The notes under the pieces are model-generated. The model ran no database searches, was not told the origin of the DNA, and was given only the letters and a program-made list of their open reading frames with translations. Both the position numbers and the translations under genes were made by a program. DNA of 32,000 nucleotides from Acaryochloris marina MBIC11017 (GTDB taxonomy: Bacteria > Cyanobacteriota > Cyanobacteriia > Thermosynechococcales > Thermosynechococcaceae), in contig NC_009925.1 of the NCBI RefSeq assembly GCF_000018105.1, forward strand, positions 6,450,001 through 6,482,000, written 5' to 3'. This document shows, piece by piece, positions 26,383 through 32,000 of this stretch. Position 1 is the stretch's first letter; every line of letters begins with the position of its first letter.

Positions 26383-26455
26383 GTTTTAAGGGCTGGTTAA
26401 TATAACAACACCTCAACGTCTCACTGTTTTGAAGAACAAGAATAGATTGACAGAT

Positions 26456-26812
26456 TTATGAATCGGCGAGATGTCGCTGAATCGTTTCTATTAATTCAGA
26501 GAATTGAAATGGCTTACTGATAAAATCTGTAGCTCCAGAAGCCAAAGCCAACTCGTCTTGATCCACAAAAGCAGTAATTACAATAATCGGAACCGTAAAT
26601 CCCCGTTGACGTAAGGTTTGGAGTACGGTCCAACCACTGATAATAGGTAGCCCCAAATCCAACAACACAACATCAAACGCTTCCAGATTGGCTTGGTCCA
26701 ATGCCTGCTGACCATCAGTCACCAGTGTCGATTGATAGCCATGCTTGAGTAGTCCCTTTTCTACAAAACGGGCTATGCGCTCTTCATCTTCAACTAGGAG
26801 AACCCGCTTCAT
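26456..26812 (-). CDS. Single-domain (CheY-like) response regulator receiver
   Basis: I place the start at ATG 26812 (MKRVLLVEDEERIARFVEKGL...), giving 118 aa. The acidic pocket (EDE), the phospho-acceptor context (VVLLDLGLP) and the conserved SKPF are present. There is no output domain. The receiver resembles that of the adjacent OmpR-type regulator. Confidence 0.85.
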   Translation of the reverse strand: MKRVLLVEDEERIARFVEKGLLKHGYQSTLVTDGQQALDQANLEAFDVVLLDLGLPIISGWTVLQTLRQRGFTVPIIVITAFVDQDELALASGATDFISKPFQFSELIETIQRHLADS

Positions 26813-26909
26813 ATGGAATAGAAGTGATGCGTCAGTACCAATACTCCCTTTAGGCCGAAGCACTACAAAGTGTATTTATATGAAGCTAGCTCAAACAGCC
26901 CTTAAAGAA

Positions 26910-26927
26910 CATGAGAATCTTCTCATG
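26910..26927. promoter_or_regulatory. Perfect palindrome CATGAGAA-TC-TTCTCATG between the two response-regulator genes (operator and/or terminator hairpin)
   Basis: The arms are 8 bp with a 2-bp centre. It begins 14 nt downstream of the OmpR-type gene stop and lies 98 bp upstream of the receiver gene ATG. On the minus-strand RNA it would form a 7-bp stem with a 4-nt loop followed by UUCUUUAA. It shares the CATGAGAA octamer with the array at 26313..26382. Confidence 0.5.
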
Positions 26928-26940
26928 CAGTAAATTGGAC

Positions 26941-27609
26941 CTAAGTCTTTAACCGATACCCAACCCCACGAACGGTTTCAATAAGTGAGTTGCCGAGCTT
27001 CTTGCGCAAATAGCCAACGTAAACATCAACGATATTGGAACCAGGATCATAGTCATATCCCCAGACCCGATCCAAGAGTTGCTGCCGACTGAGGACCTGC
27101 CCAGGGTGACGGAAAAATGTTTCTGCCAGAATAAACTCTCTGGCTGGCAGTTCGATCCATTGATCATCCACTTTGGCCTTACGAGTACGCAGATCTAGCA
27201 CCACATTATGGGCCGTCATTGTCATCGTCTCAGGAGGAGTGCCAATAGACACTGTTCTCAGTCGAACTCTAACCCTTGCCAATAACTCTTCAAACCGGAA
27301 CGGCTTTGTCATATAGTCGTCCGCTCCTCCTTCAAGTCCAGAGATTTTATCTTGAATATCATCTCTGGCGGTCAAAATGATGACAGGGAGTACAGAACCT
27401 TGACCTCTCAAATCAGCTAAAACTTCTAGCCCATCTCTTCCGGGTAATCCCAAATCTAGTATCAGTAGCTCAAACCCATCACTTAAAGCGAAGGATAAGG
27501 CTTCATGGGCATTTTCTACCGTAGTCGTAGCGTATCCGTGGCTCTTTAAACCTTTCTCTATAAAGGATGCAATTCTAGGTTCATCCTCTGCGATCAGAAT
27601 ATGTGCCAT
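26941..27609 (-). CDS. OmpR/PhoB-family DNA-binding response regulator
   Basis: I place the start at ATG 27609 (MAHILIAEDEPRIASFIEKGL...). It has a receiver domain (LLILDLGLPGRDG, TKPF) and a winged-helix output domain (LPAREFILAETFFRHPGQVLSRQQLLDRVWGYDYDPGSNIVDVYVGYLRKKL...VRGVGYRL). Confidence 0.9.
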   Translation of the reverse strand: MAHILIAEDEPRIASFIEKGLKSHGYATTTVENAHEALSFALSDGFELLILDLGLPGRDGLEVLADLRGQGSVLPVIILTARDDIQDKISGLEGGADDYMTKPFRFEELLARVRVRLRTVSIGTPPETMTMTAHNVVLDLRTRKAKVDDQWIELPAREFILAETFFRHPGQVLSRQQLLDRVWGYDYDPGSNIVDVYVGYLRKKLGNSLIETVRGVGYRLKT

Positions 27610-27768
27610 CGATAGTGGGCAGTTGTTTAACAATGACTACTTCTTAGACGATCATAATCACTGATACAGTTCCTCGACCATAAAGCCTGCTAATTTCTTT
27701 TTTCCAATACCTGACAGTTACAATTATGAATATCAATAAAGTCTTGAGAAACGATGAGCCAATTGCCA

Positions 27769-28050
27769 TCATCTAAGAATTTCAAATGCTCGAAATTCCC
27801 CTAAGGATTCTTCATCAACATCAACCTTACTGACCTCTGCCGCAGGAGGTCCTTGTTTAAACCACTCAATTAGTTTATCCACTTGGGTGCGCTCTCCTTC
27901 CGCCATAGCTTCAACGCGGCCATCTGGCAAATTTCGGACCCATCCCACTAGTCCAAGGGACTGAGCTTTAGCTCTTGTACTGTAACGATAACCCACCCCT
28001 TGGACCTTTCCTGAAATCACTGCTTTAAGGCAAATTATATTTGGCATCAT
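27769..28050 (-). CDS. acyP: Acylphosphatase
   Basis: 93 aa. The signature is VSGKVQGVGYRYSTR...GWVRNLPDGRVE (VxGxVQGVxFR-type phosphate-binding loop plus conserved Asn). Confidence 0.9.
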   Translation of the reverse strand: MMPNIICLKAVISGKVQGVGYRYSTRAKAQSLGLVGWVRNLPDGRVEAMAEGERTQVDKLIEWFKQGPPAAEVSKVDVDEESLGEFRAFEILR

Positions 28051-28617
28051 CGATTAGCAAATCCTTTAGATCACCACCAAAATAAATAATAGAAAAGAGT
28101 GGTACCCCATACTCAAAATATTGGCATCTAGCGATGAATACAGAAAAATAAAAAATAGTTCCAGTAGGAAAATAGTTAATTGATAATTAATATTAATTGT
28201 TTAAGGTGATGTAGTCATGGCTCAGTATTGCTGTAGCCCGTATAATACAATCTAAATCTGCTGAAAACGTCATAATTCGGTGCTTTAACGGCTTAAGTGC
28301 TAAAAAAACAATATTTATAGCTTTTTGGTTCATTTACGCATTGAAATCGGTTGTGAAACAGCTGTCTTTCCCAGATTCTCAAATACTTAATTCCTAGGCA
28401 AGGAGCTAACTATCACTATTCCGATTATAGGTAGTTGTTGTTTCAGCCGTGTAGCAGAGTTATCTATCTTTCGTTAAGAGATTTTTAATTGAGAATATTT
28501 CTAACTAATGAAAGTTGATTAGGGCTAATAATAAAGTTAATCGCAAAAAAAATGTCTTAACAGCGTAATATCTTTACCAAACACTGACATCTATATAGAA
28601 ATGTTTACGGGGTTATA

Positions 28618-28636
28618 TTTTTCTCTAAGAGAAAAA
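28618..28636. promoter_or_regulatory. Palindrome TTTTTCTCT-A-AGAGAAAAA next to a TATAAT box, upstream of the GT26 gene
   Basis: It has 9-bp perfect arms. A TATAAT hexamer lies at 28653..28658, 28 nt before ATG 28686. There is no good -35 element, so I suggest it is an operator overlapping a promoter. Confidence 0.35.
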
Positions 28637-28685
28637 AAGTCAGCGCGGTTTATATAATATTACTCATTGTTGGAATCTACTCTAA

Positions 28686-29495
28686 ATGCAATCTAAAGCA
28701 TCCGTTCTAGAACAAAATACTCTTGTGAAAGAACTCCCTCGCATTGATATCATTGGCTCCCGAGTAACGGCAGCTTCTTTTGATGTCCTAAATGAGGTGA
28801 TTTTAGATTGGGCCAAACAAAGACTCAGCAAATGTATTTGTGTTGCCAACACGCATATGTTGGTAGAAGCGCACCGAAGACCCAGTTTTGGCGAAATAGT
28901 TCAACAAGCTGATGTCGTGACCCCCGATGGCATGCCCTTGGTTTGGATGCTGAGAATATTGGGAGCTAAAAACCAAGATAGAGTTGCTGGACTCGATCTT
29001 CTACAAGCCCTTTGCCGCAAAGCAGAGAAGGAAAAAGTTAGCGTCTATTTTTTGGGATCAATGGATCTCATTCTCCAAAAAATGAGAACCCGTTTACTGG
29101 TGGAGTATCCTGATTTAGTAATCGCAGATATGGAGCCTTTACCGTTTAGGCCGCTCACCGTAGAAGAGGATGAAGCTTTAATTCAACGGGTCAATGCTAG
29201 TGGGGCTGGCCTTGTAATGATTGCCCTTGGATGCCCCAAGCAGGAATGTTGGATGGCAGCCCATAAAGACCAAATTAATGCAGTTATGATTGGTTTGGGA
29301 GGCGCGTTTCCAGTCTATGCAGGTATACATCGCCGAGCAAGCGGCTGGGTCAGGCACATGGGAATGGAGTGGTTCTACCGACTTATCCAAGAACCTAAAA
29401 GATTATGGAAACGTTATGCTTCATCCATACCTCTATTCATATACCTAGCTATCAAGCAACTATGTTATCGGTTTGCCAGTTTAGCTTTTAAGTAA
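28686..29495 (+). CDS. WecG/TagA/CpsF-family (GT26) glycosyltransferase
   Basis: 269 aa. Family pattern: ANTHMLVEA...ADVVTPDGMPLVWMLRILG...YFLGS...ALGCPKQECWM...GLGGAFPVYAG...WFYRLIQEPKRLWKRY. Its GC content is lower than that of neighbouring genes. Confidence 0.85.
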   Translation: MQSKASVLEQNTLVKELPRIDIIGSRVTAASFDVLNEVILDWAKQRLSKCICVANTHMLVEAHRRPSFGEIVQQADVVTPDGMPLVWMLRILGAKNQDRVAGLDLLQALCRKAEKEKVSVYFLGSMDLILQKMRTRLLVEYPDLVIADMEPLPFRPLTVEEDEALIQRVNASGAGLVMIALGCPKQECWMAAHKDQINAVMIGLGGAFPVYAGIHRRASGWVRHMGMEWFYRLIQEPKRLWKRYASSIPLFIYLAIKQLCYRFASLAFK

Positions 29496-29681
29496 TTTGG
29501 TGATACCAATTCGTTTTCCCCAATCAAAATAATGCTTGATTAGAATGCTATTCAAGTTTGCTTGTCTCTCTTGGCATTGGATAACAGTTTTACTGGCCCT
29601 TACCATTGCCTATCACTGAATGCAGCGCTTCAGTCTCTTAAAACCGGTCTAAGTGAGGTCTTTCTCTTGATCGTCGACCCA

Positions 29682-32000
29682 TTATTGACTTGTAAACATC
29701 AGAGTTCTGATTTTCCACGGGGCTACGACATTCGGACGATCCATCTCATAATTCGTTTCTAATAAATCAATAGTTTGTTTGAAATGGAGGTTCAAATCGT
29801 TCGTGACAGCCAATGGTGCTTCCTCTCCATGGCATTCATAACAACGCATCACCCAGGCTTTAGGCTGATCCTCAGATCTCTTTAAGGCCATCAGCACTAA
29901 ATTATCTGTCCCTAGCGATAGGAACTGATTTTGCAGTAGTCGTCCCTGCTTTTGTTGATCTAATGAAATCAACGTCCGGAGAGGGCGATTGATTTCGTAT
30001 CCCTTGTGGGTGGTTCGGGCTGTTTGCCAGGAACCTGCATGGGGGTAAATGGCATAGGTAAATTGATGATGACCGCGATCGCATCCTGGATCCGGCCAAT
30101 TCGGACTACGTAATAACGTCAAACGCAGTTGGTCAGGCTTAGCATCGTAACCATACTTACAGTCATTCAAGATGCTTACCCCAGCCATTCCATTTGCATC
30201 TGTTAAATCAGCCCATTGCAAGGCTGGCACTTCCCATTTCGCCTGTTCTCTATCGTCTAGCTGAGGATTCGGCAAAGTAGGTCGCTGAATCGCACCACAG
30301 GGAATTTCGTAGGTGGCAGAGTCAGACGATATTGTGAGAGGGAACACCGTTTTGACCAGTACTTGACTTTCTTGCCAATCTACCGTGGTTTCAATTTTGA
30401 GTAATGGTGCATCCGTATCGAGCACATAGTCCTGGCAAAATTGGGATTGACCAAACTGGAGTTTAACCCGCAATCGTTGTTGTAGTGGACCTTGACTCAA
30501 CCATTCAATGGATTGCAAGGTTGCTCCCGGTAGTCGCTTGTGTTCGTAATTAGGGTCTATGTTCCAAGCATCCCAATATTGGCCTTTGTCGGTGAAGAAC
30601 TGGAGTTGATTCCCTGGGCCAGACAACATTTGGCGTTGGGTTGCTTTGTCATAAATTTGAGCTAGCTCTCCAGTTGATTCATTAACTTGCACCTGTAAAT
30701 AGTCATTTTCCAAGATCCAATTTTTAGGTGCAATGTCGGGTTGATCAGGTTTAGCGCTTACTAACGGGGATAACCAATAGAGCTGATACCCCACTGAAGG
30801 CACTGCAGCTATAAACCCTAAGGAGTTAGGTTGATTGGGGTGGCGCTGAACGGGCTGCGTTTCTCCCTCAATGGTGGAAATTTGCCATCGTTTCTGAGTG
30901 TCAGGCAGTTCTACCCACACTAATTCAGACCGTGGCCAGTTCAGAGAATTAAACACAATAACGGGAAGGCTATCTGAGGTGGGAGCTTGAGGAATGTCAA
31001 TCGCGCTTGCGATCGCATCCAACGCAATATGCAAATGTTCGGTTGCAGTCTGTTTGGCTGATTCCCAATCGCAATTGGCATCCACAAAAACTTGAGGGAT
31101 TGAAGACCCTGGCAAGATATCGTGGAACTGGTTGAACAGGACCTTCTTCCAAGCTTGTTCTAGGTCATCTTTGGGATAGGAATGATCGAGGGTGAGGGTT
31201 GCGATCGCATTCCACAATTCAGCCTCGTACAGCAGCTTTTCGCAATCACGGTTGTAATGTTTTTGATCTGCATGGCTGGTGTAACACCCCCGATGCAATT
31301 CTAGGTAGAGTTCATCATCCCAAACGGGTACCTGTTGAATCTGAGTTTCCACCTGTTGGCAGAAACGTTCAGCTGTGGTTGGTTGGAGCTTTGGAAACAG
31401 GGAAGATTGCTGCCACTGACGAGCCACTTCCAGCATGTCACGGGTTGGACCCCCACCATGATCACCAACCCCCGGCAACCATAGACAGTCTTTCACTCCC
31501 GTTGCCGATTCCCATCCCTGGGCATAGGTTCCCATTTTGACGGGGTAAATCTGCTCTCCAATGGGAGGCAACATAATGCTGAAAATTTCAGTACCATCTG
31601 GCGATCGCCACTGAAATACTTCATAGGGAAACTCCGTGGTATCGTTCCACCGCAGTTTCTGGGTTAAAAAATAGTCAATCCCACCCTGCTTTAGAATTTG
31701 GGGGAGCTGCCAGCAGAATCCAAAACTATCGGGAAGCCAAGCTGTCTTGCTGATGCAGCCGAATTTTTCTTGGGTATACTTTTGCCCATATAGAACTTGA
31801 CGAACTAATGATTCGCCACTGATCAAGTTTAATTCTGATTCTACCCAAAGCCCGGCAGCTATCTCCCATGTCCCTTTATCGACTTGTGCTTGAATTTGAG
31901 CAAACAGATCTGGACGGTTCTGCTCGAACCAAGCATAAAGAGCTGGGGAGGAATGGCAGAAAATAAGTTCAGGGAAATCCGCTTGTAAATTAAGGACCGA
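29682..32000 (-). CDS. GH38 alpha-mannosidase; 5' end lies outside the window
   Basis: The track ORF starts at TTG 31826, but my translation shows the frame stays open to nt 32000 (...PELIFCHSSPALYAWFEQNRPDLFAQIQAQVDKGTWEIAAGLWVESELNLISGESLVRQ...). This continues the GH38 N-terminal catalytic domain (WLPDSFG, GVGDHGGGP). The gene therefore continues to the right of the window. Confidence 0.85.
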   Translation of the reverse strand, partial: SVLNLQADFPELIFCHSSPALYAWFEQNRPDLFAQIQAQVDKGTWEIAAGLWVESELNLISGESLVRQVLYGQKYTQEKFGCISKTAWLPDSFGFCWQLPQILKQGGIDYFLTQKLRWNDTTEFPYEVFQWRSPDGTEIFSIMLPPIGEQIYPVKMGTYAQGWESATGVKDCLWLPGVGDHGGGPTRDMLEVARQWQQSSLFPKLQPTTAERFCQQVETQIQQVPVWDDELYLELHRGCYTSHADQKHYNRDCEKLLYEAELWNAIATLTLDHSYPKDDLEQAWKKVLFNQFHDILPGSSIPQVFVDANCDWESAKQTATEHLHIALDAIASAIDIPQAPTSDSLPVIVFNSLNWPRSELVWVELPDTQKRWQISTIEGETQPVQRHPNQPNSLGFIAAVPSVGYQLYWLSPLVSAKPDQPDIAPKNWILENDYLQVQVNESTGELAQIYDKATQRQMLSGPGNQLQFFTDKGQYWDAWNIDPNYEHKRLPGATLQSIEWLSQGPLQQRLRVKLQFGQSQFCQDYVLDTDAPLLKIETTVDWQESQVLVKTVFPLTISSDSATYEIPCGAIQRPTLPNPQLDDREQAKWEVPALQWADLTDANGMAGVSILNDCKYGYDAKPDQLRLTLLRSPNWPDPGCDRGHHQFTYAIYPHAGSWQTARTTHKGYEINRPLRTLISLDQQKQGRLLQNQFLSLGTDNLVLMALKRSEDQPKAWVMRCYECHGEEAPLAVTNDLNLHFKQTIDLLETNYEMDRPNVVAPWKIRTLMFTSQ

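Noticed and set aside
28193-28333. 46-aa minus-strand ORF (MNQKAINIVFLALKPLKHRIMTF...) and a 12-aa plus-strand ORF (MAQYCCSPYNTI, 28217..28255) in the AT-rich spacer
   Set aside because: The 46-aa ORF has no SD and neither has recognisable motifs. Open frames of this length are expected by chance in AT-rich DNA only slightly less often than they are seen. I keep them only as things to check with ribosome profiling.
28591-28601. 11-mer TATATAGAAAT shared between the AT-rich spacer (28592..28602) and the ndhF3 upstream region (11102..11112)
   Set aside because: Both regions are extremely AT-rich, so a single shared 11-mer of pure A/T plus one G is plausibly chance. There is no second shared element or common spacing.
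29562-29762. 66-aa plus-strand ORF in the GT26/mannosidase convergent gap
   Set aside because: It uses a TTG start without an SD and overlaps the mannosidase 3' end by 81 nt. The sequence has no recognisable features, so it is probably non-coding.

Overview
This is a cyanobacterial chromosomal window. It holds 18 perfect HIP1 octamers (GCGATCGC) and the NDH-1MS CO2-uptake genes. From left to right: (1) the 3' 4.3 kb of a ferredoxin-type glutamate synthase (+). (2) A small AT-rich, HIP1-free islet with a Gp49/HigB-like toxin plus XRE antitoxin pair and an 86-aa orphan ORF. (3) A run of about 22 kb of co-oriented minus-strand genes. The downstream part of that run is an ndhF3-ndhD3-cupA-FAS1(cupS-like) operon. 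The upstream part (11.3-27.6 kb) is a large envelope-glycoconjugate-like locus. One end of it carries an OmpR-type response regulator and a receiver-only paralog. The other end carries a porin-like beta-barrel gene abutting a HAMP sensor kinase (TAA-A-ATG). In between are three tandem paralogous MurG/GT28-like GT-B glycosyltransferases, a GT4, an MsbA-type fused ABC exporter, two paralogous GT2 enzymes with a distinctive conserved C-terminal extension, an aldo/keto reductase, an opposite-strand orphan DUF104-like antitoxin gene, and a two-domain histidine phosphatase. (4) The right end has an acylphosphatase, a 635-bp very AT-rich spacer, and a WecG/TagA-type GT26 (+) convergent with a GH38 alpha-mannosidase (-) that runs off the window. 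The most notable non-genic signal is the octamer CATGAGAA. By eye it occurs only in intergenic DNA of the glycan locus: as a perfect 8+2+8 palindrome between the two regulator genes, as a 14-bp-phased tandem array upstream of the GT operon, and again with 14-bp phasing upstream of one GT2 gene. A 32-codon ORF starting with the UDP-glucose-dehydrogenase N-terminus (MKVCVIGTGYVG) looks like a decayed ugd at the head of the GT operon. I found no rRNA, tRNA, CRISPR array, transposase or integrase. Novelty cannot be established without database searches.
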